From a virus, in the IMG/VR virus record IMGVR_UViG_3300004881_000001, positions 1 to 64,000 of that record: a DNA stretch of 64,000 bases. One strand, given 5' to 3'. Under the pieces are notes generated by a model. It ran no database searches. It saw only the letters and a list, made by a program, of their open reading frames with translations, and had not been told where the DNA came from. The stretch's first letter is position 1. The number at the start of each line of letters is the position of its first letter. Of this stretch, positions 39,959-48,738 are shown piece after piece. The position numbers were made by a program, and so were the translations under genes.

Positions 39959-40050
39959 TATACTTAGGGATTGGAGAATAGACAACCCTACTTGGGAAGT
40001 AGATCTCCACATCAAAGTAGGGAGAGAAGAGTTTATATTAGTGATAGAGT

Positions 40051-40362
40051 ATGCAGAGAAAGGTACAAAAGATAATTAAACAATTAGCGGAGAAGTACGG
40101 ACTTGAGGAGAAAGTAGTTGAAGCCATTAGTAATTCACAGTTTCTGTGTACTAAAGAGTCGTGTAAGAAAGGAGTGAAGTGGAAGTCCGATACTTTTCTT
40201 AATATTAGGTGGAAGAGACTGGGATTACTGGTAGCTAAACCTTCCAAAATATACATTTTAAAGCAGGCCCATGAAAGAAGATTATTTAAAGCAGAGGATT
40301 TGGATAGAGGAAGACTCGGTATCGGGAGAGAGGACGAAGAGGATAACGTGGACATACGTTAA
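40051..40362 (+). CDS. hypothetical protein (103 aa)
   Basis: ORF track; overlaps the next ORF by 92 nt, so one boundary is probably wrong. Confidence 0.45.
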   Translation: MQRKVQKIIKQLAEKYGLEEKVVEAISNSQFLCTKESCKKGVKWKSDTFLNIRWKRLGLLVAKPSKIYILKQAHERRLFKAEDLDRGRLGIGREDEEDNVDIR

Positions 40363-40552
40363 TCTTGCGGATGTACTAGACTTCGAAGAGTATAATGGTT
40401 CTTTACTAGCAGATGTAGATAAACCTATGATTACTATCAACACTCCTCATGATGCTAAGATAATTTTTTGGGATATACAAGATTTTTTTAAGATATACGG
40501 ACAGTATAAAATCTATAAGAAAAGACAAGATGGGATATTTAACGGAAACTAA
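40271..40552 (+). CDS. hypothetical protein (93 aa)
   Basis: ORF track; see the overlap note for 40051..40362. Confidence 0.45.
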   Translation: MKEDYLKQRIWIEEDSVSGERTKRITWTYVNLADVLDFEEYNGSLLADVDKPMITINTPHDAKIIFWDIQDFFKIYGQYKIYKKRQDGIFNGN

Positions 40553-40733
40553 TATACCATACGATTACAGTGGTATTAAATGGACGCATTTTTTTGAAGA
40601 AGTTCCTAGTTGGGCTGTTAAATGCATAGTACTTAAAGAAGGAAAAGGTTTGAGAGCGGGAAAGGTTAAGATATTAGATGTAATCGGCACAAAGCCTTAT
40701 TGGATACACAAAAAATATTTAGTAGAGATATGA
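40530..40733 (+). CDS. hypothetical protein (67 aa)
   Basis: ORF track. Confidence 0.5.
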   Translation: MGYLTETNIPYDYSGIKWTHFFEEVPSWAVKCIVLKEGKGLRAGKVKILDVIGTKPYWIHKKYLVEI

Positions 40734-41002
40734 GCGAAGCACAAAAACAATCATCCCCAGAGAAGGTACTTACTCCAGGAGGTATGGAGGCTATACAAAT
40801 AGAAGGTCTATTTATTAGAAATTCTTACGTAGGGTCGAGGCTAGAATCTGACGGAGAAACTTTTGAAGAGTATAAATTTCGTCAAAAAATGGTTCAGGCT
40901 CACAAAAAGAGAAATAAAAAAGGGAATTTAGTTTTTACTTCTGTACTATATAGTAGTTCAGGCCAGAAACTTTATGCCCAATCATATGTTAAACCTAAAT
41001 AA
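40730..41002 (+). CDS. hypothetical protein (90 aa from ATG 40730; the track starts at 40700)
   Basis: ATGA overlap with the preceding stop favours MSEAQKQSS as the start. Confidence 0.5.
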   Translation: MSEAQKQSSPEKVLTPGGMEAIQIEGLFIRNSYVGSRLESDGETFEEYKFRQKMVQAHKKRNKKGNLVFTSVLYSSSGQKLYAQSYVKPK

Positions 41003-41008
41003 ATTAAG

Positions 41009-41320
41009 ATGGAAGTGGACAAATTGCCAGTACCTTACTGGGACAACGTAGTAATTAAGAATCCTTTGTCGGGAGAGTTTATGGAGAAGTTTGAAGACGA
41101 ACTTTCTTTAATTCCTGAGAAGGACAGGGAAGAATACAAAAGAGAACATCTACAAGGGGTTTGGGATAATATAGAGATCCTTTCTGTAGGTCCAGATTGT
41201 TCTGCGGCTAAAAAAGGAGACGTAGTGATTATAAAGAACGCAAACCCTAATAAATGGACGTTTGTTTCTGAGGAGAAGTACATAATGTTAAGCGAAAGAG
41301 ATTTTATTGGAAGATGGTAA
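41009..41320 (+). CDS. GroES-like co-chaperonin (putative)
   Basis: 103 aa; N-terminal VPYWDNVVIK and SVGPDCSAAKKGDVVIIK ... IMLSERDFIG resemble GroES P..DRVLVK / AVG.G....VKVGD.V.F / L.L.E.DIL; its 3' end overlaps the chaperonin gene. Confidence 0.5.
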   Translation: MEVDKLPVPYWDNVVIKNPLSGEFMEKFEDELSLIPEKDREEYKREHLQGVWDNIEILSVGPDCSAAKKGDVVIIKNANPNKWTFVSEEKYIMLSERDFIGRW

Positions 41321-42789
41321 ACTTACAGGGAGAGTACACGGAAGTTTTTATTGGAGAGAAAGTGAAGGAAGGTCTTTTAAAGGGCTGTCAAACTATTATA
41401 GATGTAGTAGGCACTACTTACGGACCTTTGGGGAACAACGTAGCTATAACAAAGTGGCTAAACACTCCTCACGTAACTAAAGACGGGGTAACTACTTTAG
41501 CTGATTTAAGAGCTAAGGATCCTATAGAGAACGTAGCAATTGAGATTATTAAGCAAGCAGCTAAAGCTACCGCTGAATTAGCAGGAGACGGGACAACTAC
41601 AACTTCTTTATTAACAGCTTTGTTAGTTAAGAATTGTATGGATCTATCTCTATCTGCTGGAGAGCTTAGTAGAGAGTTAGCTAGTATTTGTGAGAGTTTT
41701 ATATCTCAAGTAGACGCTATAACTAAGAAGGTGGCCACTAAAGAAGATTTGATTAATGTAGCTACAATATCCTCTAACGGAGATGAGCAGTTAGCGGCAT
41801 TGGTTATCGAGGCTTATGAGATGGTAGGAGAAGATGGAGTAGTATCTGTTAAGAACTCTAAGGAGTATAAGACCTACATAGAAACTACTGAAGGTATTAG
41901 ACTTGAAGTTTCTAACATAGTTCCTGAACTAAGGAATCAAGACGGAACTTCTTCTCTCTATGAAAACCCTAAAGTGTTAGTAACTAATCTAGATATTAAG
42001 GGTAGAGAAGACGCTATAAAGTTAGTAACATTAGCGGGAAGTCTAGAGAGTCCTTTAGTAATAGTAGCTAATGATATGGATAAAGGGGCTTCTGAAGTTA
42101 TAGCTTATAACAAGTACACCCAAAGTATTCCTATAGACGTTATACGTGCGCCAGGGATCTCTCAGGCTAGGCAAGACGCTTTTAAAGACATTGCAGTAGC
42201 TACGGGAGCAACTTTGCTTGATAAAGCTACAGGTTGGAGTATATCAGGTTTAAATGAGAAGTTACTAGGGGAGGCAGACTCTATTGAGATAAAATCTCAG
42301 GAGACTATTATTTTAGGCCATAAAGGAGATATTTCTGAAAGGCTTAAATATTACCAAACAAAGATAGAGCAAGATAAAGACGGCCTAGCTCCTAATTATA
42401 AAAAAAGATTAGCTATGTTGACGGGAGGGTCTGCTATTATTTATGTAGGAGGGTCTAATGAGGTTGATGTTATGGAGAAGAAGGATAGGTTAGACGACAC
42501 TGTTAGAGCTACCTATGCGGCTATTAACGGAGGTGTAGTACCTGCGGGAGGGTTGACCTTAGATTCTTTGGCTATCTCAGGTGACGATGTTGAAGCGGTT
42601 GTTTTGTGCGCTATCGAAGATCTTTTAAGCTTGTTGTTTAAAGGATCTGCTGAGGAAATAATTACTAATGTGGAGGAAAAAGGTTTAGTAGACCCCGCGA
42701 TGGTTTTAAAAACCTCAATTAAAAACGCTTTCTCCGCAGCTAATATGATATTAACCACTAAGACTGTGGTAGCAAAAATAGACAAATAA
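41314..42789 (+). CDS. groEL: GroEL-like chaperonin (Cpn60 family, 491 aa)
   Basis: VVGTTYGPLGNNVAI...TPHVTKDGVTTLADL...DPIENVAIEIIKQAAKATAELAGDGTTTTSLLTA aligns with GroEL TLGPKGRNVVL..P.ITKDGVSVA...FENMGAQMVKEVASK..D.AGDGTTTATVLA. Confidence 0.85.
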   Translation: MVNLQGEYTEVFIGEKVKEGLLKGCQTIIDVVGTTYGPLGNNVAITKWLNTPHVTKDGVTTLADLRAKDPIENVAIEIIKQAAKATAELAGDGTTTTSLLTALLVKNCMDLSLSAGELSRELASICESFISQVDAITKKVATKEDLINVATISSNGDEQLAALVIEAYEMVGEDGVVSVKNSKEYKTYIETTEGIRLEVSNIVPELRNQDGTSSLYENPKVLVTNLDIKGREDAIKLVTLAGSLESPLVIVANDMDKGASEVIAYNKYTQSIPIDVIRAPGISQARQDAFKDIAVATGATLLDKATGWSISGLNEKLLGEADSIEIKSQETIILGHKGDISERLKYYQTKIEQDKDGLAPNYKKRLAMLTGGSAIIYVGGSNEVDVMEKKDRLDDTVRATYAAINGGVVPAGGLTLDSLAISGDDVEAVVLCAIEDLLSLLFKGSAEEIITNVEEKGLVDPAMVLKTSIKNAFSAANMILTTKTVVAKIDK

Positions 42790-42790
42790 T

Positions 42791-43000
42791 ATGAGTAGTT
42801 CTCTAGATAAAAAAACTTGCCCAGTCTGTAAGGATGGTATGGATATTAAATCATTTAACACCGATACTACTATGGGGGGAGTGAACTATGTAGGGATTAG
42901 ATACTACTATGAATGCTCTAGCTGTGATTTAACTTTTACTACTGATCAGAGTGATACTCTATGGAGAGATGGATTAACAGGAATTAACGAAGAAGACTAA
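42791..43000 (+). CDS. zinc-ribbon protein (69 aa)
   Basis: CPVC ... CSSC cysteine pairs. Confidence 0.55.
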   Translation: MSSSLDKKTCPVCKDGMDIKSFNTDTTMGGVNYVGIRYYYECSSCDLTFTTDQSDTLWRDGLTGINEED

Positions 43001-43002
43001 TA

Positions 43003-43575
43003 TTGGAATCCTTAATTAAAAATTTTAATACAGATTTAAACTTTTGGGAGATAAATCCTATGATGAAGACTGTAAAGGCTTTTAAAGATCTTTACGATAA
43101 GGATAGGACTAAGAGCAAGAAGACATCATCCACTATGATGTGGGCAATAGTACTATACTGCGACCCTAACGAAGAAAACCCTTGGAGAAACGAATCTGAT
43201 AAAATTAAGAAGCAACTAATTTCTAGTGACTTTTTATTGGATAAGGCTTTTGACTGGGAACACCAAGATACTGTCCTTCTAATAGAGGAATATACAAATA
43301 GATGTCTAACCATAGCAGAGAAGGAATTAGTGAGAATACAGAAGAAAATGTCAGAGAGAGGGGACTTCATTGACAAGACAAAGTACTCTCTAGATACTTA
43401 CGTAGAAGGTAGAACTATAAAAGGTACGGCAGATCAACTAGATAAGATGATGGTTAGTACTATTAAAATCTACGAGCAATTAGACAAGATCAAAGGTATG
43501 TTGGCAGAGGAGAGCAATAAAACGAGATTACGTGGGAATGAGTCAGAGTCAGCAACCGATGAAGGAATTGTTTAA
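43003..43575 (+). CDS. hypothetical protein; small terminase subunit candidate by position only
   Basis: Directly upstream of and abutting the large terminase; TTG start in the track, first ATG at 43060. Confidence 0.5.
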   Translation: MESLIKNFNTDLNFWEINPMMKTVKAFKDLYDKDRTKSKKTSSTMMWAIVLYCDPNEENPWRNESDKIKKQLISSDFLLDKAFDWEHQDTVLLIEEYTNRCLTIAEKELVRIQKKMSERGDFIDKTKYSLDTYVEGRTIKGTADQLDKMMVSTIKIYEQLDKIKGMLAEESNKTRLRGNESESATDEGIV

Positions 43576-45890
43576 TGAGTTTCATAACAATAAATAACCG
43601 CAATAATTTTCTAATAGGAGAGATACCTTCTCTCCATCCCCAGTCTATGGACTATAGAAGGTACTGGAGATTACATAAACGAAGATGTATTGAAGGTTTT
43701 TGGAGTATAGATAGCCAAGAGGTTAAATGCTCTATAGACCATAAAGAACCTAAAGAGTCTCACAAAGGCTCTTGGAGATATATGCCTTCTAATCTTTACT
43801 TCTACTGTAACTTCGGGGTTATTGAACTTAACGATGATAATGATGAAGAAACGGCTCCTAAAATATTAGCCCGACCCCACCTAAGAGACTTTGAGTGGGA
43901 ATTTTTCTATAATTGGGCAGAGGCTAGGGGTTTCTCAGGGTTTGAGGATGATAAAGAATTTACATGTGATAGACGAGTTTCGGCTCTTGAGAAGTTGGAG
44001 GCACAAAAATTCAACATGGACATCAAGAAGTACAGGAAGAAGGAGACTAGAATAAAGAAGAGATTAAGGGAATTTAATTACAAGAAAGATGGAACTTTAA
44101 AAACGTACGTACCAGCTAGAGAATATTTAAGACAATTATTTGACAAACCTTTAGGGAAGGCAATGTATTCTAATGAGGCGAGAGATATATTACTTCTAGG
44201 AGCTAGGGGCGGTGGTAAATCTTACTTAGTGGGGGTAGGAGTATTACTTCATGAATTTTTATTTGATGGAGTTAAGACCTACACTTTAGGGGCAAAAGCA
44301 CCTAGAGCGCAGCTTTGTATTGGAGCCGCTTTAACATCTAAGTCTTCAGAGATTTTAGAGAAGTTTAAAATTGCCCACGATAATCTGTCGGGAGATTTTG
44401 CCCCTGGGACTTATGACTATAAACCTGCACCTTTTAAGAAAAAGACTTCAGGTACTTTAGAGCCTAATAATGTTAAGAATCCATATAGGTGGGAATATGA
44501 AGCTAAAAAAGGTAGAGAGAGGAGTAAGAAAGGTTCGGGAACTTCGCTAAAGCATGTTTGTTACAAAGATAATAGTGAAGCTGCCGCAGGGGGACGTTAT
44601 AGTGTCCACGCGATAGAAGAGATAGGGCTTTTAGATAATGCGTTAACGGTACATGGTTCTAATGAAGCAACTATGATGAAAGATGGTACAGTTAAATTTG
44701 GATCGGCTGTTTACATTGGGACTGGAGGTAACGTAGAAAAAATTCAGGAGACTGAGATACTGTTTAGAGATCCAGGAGGGTTTAATATACTACCTTTTGA
44801 CGATGAGTGGGAAGGGACTGGTCAAGTAGGTTGGTTTGTACCTGCTTACTATATGGATGGTAATTATAAGGACGAACTAGGTAATACGGATGTAGAAAGT
44901 GCGTTGGAGCATTATAAAGATAGGCGAGAGGAGAAAAGAAAGGCTACAGATCAGTCTGCTTTGTCTTTAGAGATGATGAACTATCCTTTAGTACCTTCTG
45001 AGATGTTTCTAAATGCTCATGGATCCATGTTCCCACAAGCTGAACTAAAAGCGAGACTAGCTGAACTTAGAGCTAACCCTCATAAATATCAAAATGCTCA
45101 TTGGTATGGAGAGTTAGTATTTAAATCTGACGGTACTTTAAAATGGACTAACACTAACGCTACCCAAGTTGTTAGAGAGTTCCCTATAAAAAACAATAAA
45201 GATAAGCCAGGGGTTATAGAGATTTTTGAAATGCCCAAGAAAACAGCTTCTGGGGAGGTATATAAGAATAGATACTTACAAGGTACAGATACCTACGATG
45301 ATGATGAGTCTCAAACTAATTCTTTAGGGTCTACTTTTATTTTGGATATGTGGACTAATAGAATTGTGGCTGAGTATACAGGGCGTAGAGGGGCAAGTGA
45401 ATTTTATGAAATAACTAGGAAGCTAAATATTTTTTATAAAACTACCCATAACTACGAACAAAATAAGAAAGGTCTTTATTCTTATTATGATATAAAGAAA
45501 TCTACTCACTTACTATGCGATACTCCAGAGTCTTTGAAGGATGTGGCGGATATAACGATAAGTAAGGTGGGAAACAGGAGGAAAGGTACAGTAGCTTCTG
45601 CCCCAATAAATGCCCATGGATTAAGATTAATATTAGACTGGCTACTAGAACCGGCTTATGGGGAGGAAGAGGGTAGCGAGATATTAAACCTCCACACAAT
45701 ATCCTCAGAAGGGTTATTGCAGGAATTAATGAATTTCCACCCAAAGAATGGTAACTTTGATAGAGTATCTGCAATGATAATGGTGATGATCATTAAGGAG
45801 GATAAAACATTAACTTTCGAGAAAACGCAAGTAGAAAAGGTAGAAACATTAGCTAATGACGATTTTTTTAAAAGAAATTATAAAAAATAG
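43575..45890 (+). CDS. terL: terminase large subunit
   Basis: Walker A LLLGARGGGKSYLVG; acidic nuclease-type segment LQGTDTYDDDES; size and position upstream of the portal candidate. Confidence 0.75.
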   Translation: MSFITINNRNNFLIGEIPSLHPQSMDYRRYWRLHKRRCIEGFWSIDSQEVKCSIDHKEPKESHKGSWRYMPSNLYFYCNFGVIELNDDNDEETAPKILARPHLRDFEWEFFYNWAEARGFSGFEDDKEFTCDRRVSALEKLEAQKFNMDIKKYRKKETRIKKRLREFNYKKDGTLKTYVPAREYLRQLFDKPLGKAMYSNEARDILLLGARGGGKSYLVGVGVLLHEFLFDGVKTYTLGAKAPRAQLCIGAALTSKSSEILEKFKIAHDNLSGDFAPGTYDYKPAPFKKKTSGTLEPNNVKNPYRWEYEAKKGRERSKKGSGTSLKHVCYKDNSEAAAGGRYSVHAIEEIGLLDNALTVHGSNEATMMKDGTVKFGSAVYIGTGGNVEKIQETEILFRDPGGFNILPFDDEWEGTGQVGWFVPAYYMDGNYKDELGNTDVESALEHYKDRREEKRKATDQSALSLEMMNYPLVPSEMFLNAHGSMFPQAELKARLAELRANPHKYQNAHWYGELVFKSDGTLKWTNTNATQVVREFPIKNNKDKPGVIEIFEMPKKTASGEVYKNRYLQGTDTYDDDESQTNSLGSTFILDMWTNRIVAEYTGRRGASEFYEITRKLNIFYKTTHNYEQNKKGLYSYYDIKKSTHLLCDTPESLKDVADITISKVGNRRKGTVASAPINAHGLRLILDWLLEPAYGEEEGSEILNLHTISSEGLLQELMNFHPKNGNFDRVSAMIMVMIIKEDKTLTFEKTQVEKVETLANDDFFKRNYKK

Positions 45891-45899
45891 CGTTAAAAA

Positions 45900-45931
45900 T
45901 TTGGAATTGTCAAATTAAATTATTATCTTTA
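45900..45931 (+). promoter_or_regulatory. class A promoter (copy 5)
   Basis: TTTGGAATTGTCA-N-TATCTTTA with 20-nt spacer, 15 nt upstream of ATG 45947. Confidence 0.6.
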
Positions 45932-45946
45932 GTAATTGATTAAGAT

Positions 45947-48355
45947 ATGAGTCACGAAAGTAAGTCCGATTTCCCTTCCCAGAAAAAATCTCTAGCGCAA
46001 AAAAATAAGCAATGGAGAAAGAATTGCGTAGACGCGGGAGAGAACTCTTGTTTGTTTATAAACGATGGGATTAGAAAATCTTATAGAAACAAAAGGATTA
46101 ATTATGACCTATACTCAGACATATTAGACCAGTCTGATATAGAGCAGGTTTGCAATCCTTTAGGTGTCCTAGGGATGGAAGCTCCTGCTAAGGTACAAAA
46201 TTACCCTATATGTAACCCTAAGATAGATCTATTAGTTGGGGAAGCTATTAACCGTAAATTTGATTGGAAGGTAAGAGTTTTAAATGACGATGCGATTAGC
46301 CAAAAAGAGGTAGAGTTAAAAGAGCAGTTTTCTAAAATGATGCAGTCCCACTTGCAAGATCAGAATCTTACTGAGGATAAGATGCAGGAGGAACTTAAAA
46401 GATTTAGCAATTATGCTAACTACGAGTACCAAGATTTAAGAGAAGTAACTTCCACTAGAATATTACAATACCTGACTAAGCATTTGAGAATGGACTATAA
46501 GTGGTCTAAGGGTTTAAAGGACGCTTTTATTTGCGCGGAAGAGATTTATCAAGTAGATATAGTTGCAGGAGAACCTGTTTTTAATAGATTAAACCCTTTA
46601 AATGTAGCTACAGCTAGATCGGGGGATTCTCCGTATATAGAAGACTCTGATGTTATTACTATTACAGGATACCATTCTCCAGGAAAGATTATAGACGATT
46701 ATCACGAGTATCTAACTCCCGCCCAAGTAACTCAAATAGAGCAGGGTTCGGGTAGAACCACAGGATCTTCCAAGGGTCTTGATATTGGGCGTAAATCAGA
46801 CTTAGCTTTAAATGTAGATGACGCTATAGATTTAGCCTTACTAGAAAATAACTTAGACTACGGCTCTCCTTTTGATAAAGACGGTAATATAAGAGTTAGT
46901 AAGGTATATTGGAAATCTTTACGTAAGATGCTAAAGGTAAAGTTCTACGATGAGTTTGGGGATGAGCAGTACGAGCTTTTTGATGAAACTTACAAGGTAA
47001 AAGAGGATAAAGGAGAAGAGGCTGAAATTTTGTGGGTAAATGAGTGGTGGGAAGGCCATAAAATTGGAGGAGGCTCTAGCGATGTAGATGATGAAAGTGC
47101 TATCTACGTTAGAATGCAGCCTAGACCTTTACAATTTAGATCTTTAGAGAACCCTTCTAAATGCTATCCTGGGATTATAGGTACTATCTATAATACTAAC
47201 GATAATGTAGGAGTCTCTCTTATGGATAGAATGAAGCCCTACCAATACCTCTATAATATATTAGCATACAACACTGAGTTAGCTATTGCTAAAAATAAAG
47301 GTAAGATAATGCGGCTGGATCTTGCTCAAATTCCCGAAAACTGGGATGTAGATAAATGGATGTCTTTTGCTCAGGGTATGAGTATAGGGGTGTATGATTC
47401 CTTCAAAGAAGGTAATAAAGGGGCTTCGCAAGGTAAACTAGCGGGAGGTATGAGCGCACAGTCTCCAGTAATTGATATGGAAATGGGTAATACTATCCAA
47501 CTATATATGAACATGATGAGCTTTATCAAGCAGGAGATGGGGGAGATAGCTGGGGTAGATAGATCTAGGCAGGGTCAAATTCAAGCTAGAGAGGCGGTAG
47601 GTAATGTGGAACGATCTATGACTCAATCATCCCACATAACGGAGTATTGGTTTTTAGAGCATGACCAACTAAAGATAAGATGTTTAGAAGCTCTTCTAGA
47701 GACTGCTAAGTTTGCTTGGAGAGATAAAAAGAATAAGAAGGTGCAGTATGTATTAGACGAAGGGTCTACAGTCATACTAAATATAGATGTACAAAAGGTT
47801 AATGAGTGTGAGTACGGACTTAATATTAATAATAGCTCTAATAACGCTGAGTTGTTAAATTCTATGAAGCAGTTAGCCCACGCCTCTATACAGAATGGTA
47901 TATTAAACTTTTCTCAATTAATTGATATATTCTCTACGGATTCTATGGCCTCTATTAGACGTAAAATTCAAAAGAGTGAAGTAGAGAAAGAGCAAAGAGA
48001 TGCTGAGCAGGCTAAGCAAGCTGAGAAAATGCAAGAACAGCAAATAGCCGCAGCTGCGCAAGCCGCTGAGAAAGAAAGAGCTTTTAAACGAGAAGAGTGG
48101 GATAGAGAGGATGCCAGAACTAAAGCCGAACTAGAGACTAAACTAGAGATAGAGCGAATGAGGCAAGATAATGTAGAAGGTAAACACTTTGACGGAGGAG
48201 ACTCCGAAAGTACTCTAGAATCTCTTAAGCTGCAAGCTGAAAAAATTGATAAAGATTATAAAGCTAAGGAGGACGATCTTCGGGAAAAGATACGTCATAA
48301 TAAAGCTACTGAGGAGATAAGTAGAAGTAAAAAATCTTCTACAGAGAAAAAATAG
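45947..48355 (+). CDS. portal protein (putative)
   Basis: 802 aa, directly after terL; highly charged coiled-coil C-terminus (EKEQRDAEQAKQAEKMQEQQIAAAAQAAEKERAFKREEWDRED). Called by position and size only. Confidence 0.55.
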   Translation: MSHESKSDFPSQKKSLAQKNKQWRKNCVDAGENSCLFINDGIRKSYRNKRINYDLYSDILDQSDIEQVCNPLGVLGMEAPAKVQNYPICNPKIDLLVGEAINRKFDWKVRVLNDDAISQKEVELKEQFSKMMQSHLQDQNLTEDKMQEELKRFSNYANYEYQDLREVTSTRILQYLTKHLRMDYKWSKGLKDAFICAEEIYQVDIVAGEPVFNRLNPLNVATARSGDSPYIEDSDVITITGYHSPGKIIDDYHEYLTPAQVTQIEQGSGRTTGSSKGLDIGRKSDLALNVDDAIDLALLENNLDYGSPFDKDGNIRVSKVYWKSLRKMLKVKFYDEFGDEQYELFDETYKVKEDKGEEAEILWVNEWWEGHKIGGGSSDVDDESAIYVRMQPRPLQFRSLENPSKCYPGIIGTIYNTNDNVGVSLMDRMKPYQYLYNILAYNTELAIAKNKGKIMRLDLAQIPENWDVDKWMSFAQGMSIGVYDSFKEGNKGASQGKLAGGMSAQSPVIDMEMGNTIQLYMNMMSFIKQEMGEIAGVDRSRQGQIQAREAVGNVERSMTQSSHITEYWFLEHDQLKIRCLEALLETAKFAWRDKKNKKVQYVLDEGSTVILNIDVQKVNECEYGLNINNSSNNAELLNSMKQLAHASIQNGILNFSQLIDIFSTDSMASIRRKIQKSEVEKEQRDAEQAKQAEKMQEQQIAAAAQAAEKERAFKREEWDREDARTKAELETKLEIERMRQDNVEGKHFDGGDSESTLESLKLQAEKIDKDYKAKEDDLREKIRHNKATEEISRSKKSSTEKK

Positions 48356-48364
48356 TAGATTTTA

Positions 48365-48396
48365 TTTGGATTTTTAAATAATTTTGTTTATATTTG
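48365..48396 (+). promoter_or_regulatory. consensus Bacteroidota promoter
   Basis: TTTG-N20-TATATTTG; ATG 48403 is 6 nt after the -7 box. Confidence 0.55.
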
Positions 48397-48402
48397 TATG
48401 TT

Positions 48403-48738
48403 ATGACAATTCCAGTAATTGAAGAAAGAGACTTAGATGCGTCCGTTGACCAAGAATCAAGGGTTATAACGGTGCCTGAGGGAGTAGCTTGGAGTGTTCA
48501 GCTTAATGGGAAGGGATTAACAGCAGGGGATGGTGAGTTTATGGTTTTGGGGTCTAATGATGAATTACAGTACGATAATTGGAATACTGTTTACACTAAA
48601 ATAATGGATTCTGGAAATGTAACCACCAGCGTGGGGTCTAACGAATGGCACCATAGGTATCTTAAAGTGGTTTTTGTTTCTAATTCAAATTCTGGTGGGA
48701 CAGTAGATTTTCTAACAAGATATAACCAAGCTAGATAA
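48403..48738 (+). CDS. hypothetical virion-module protein (111 aa from ATG 48403; the track uses TTG 48394)
   Basis: ORF track. Confidence 0.55.
   Translation: MTIPVIEERDLDASVDQESRVITVPEGVAWSVQLNGKGLTAGDGEFMVLGSNDELQYDNWNTVYTKIMDSGNVTTSVGSNEWHHRYLKVVFVSNSNSGGTVDFLTRYNQAR

Noticed and set aside
39876-40079. 67-aa plus-strand ORF overlapping 39773..39958 by 83 nt.
   Set aside because: - Its N-terminal third is an alternative frame of the preceding gene.
- There is no ATG after the preceding stop.
- A short real gene with a non-ATG start around 39960..40079 cannot be excluded, but it is not supportable.
40271-40362. 92-nt overlap of ORFs 40051..40362 and 40271..40552, considered as a programmed frameshift site. 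TTATTTAAAG is nearby.
   Set aside because: - The downstream frame is +1 relative to the upstream one.
- In the zero frame the sequence reads TTA TTT AAA GCA, which is not an X XXY YYZ -1 heptamer.
- No stimulatory structure is evident.
- A mis-set boundary of one ORF is the more likely explanation.
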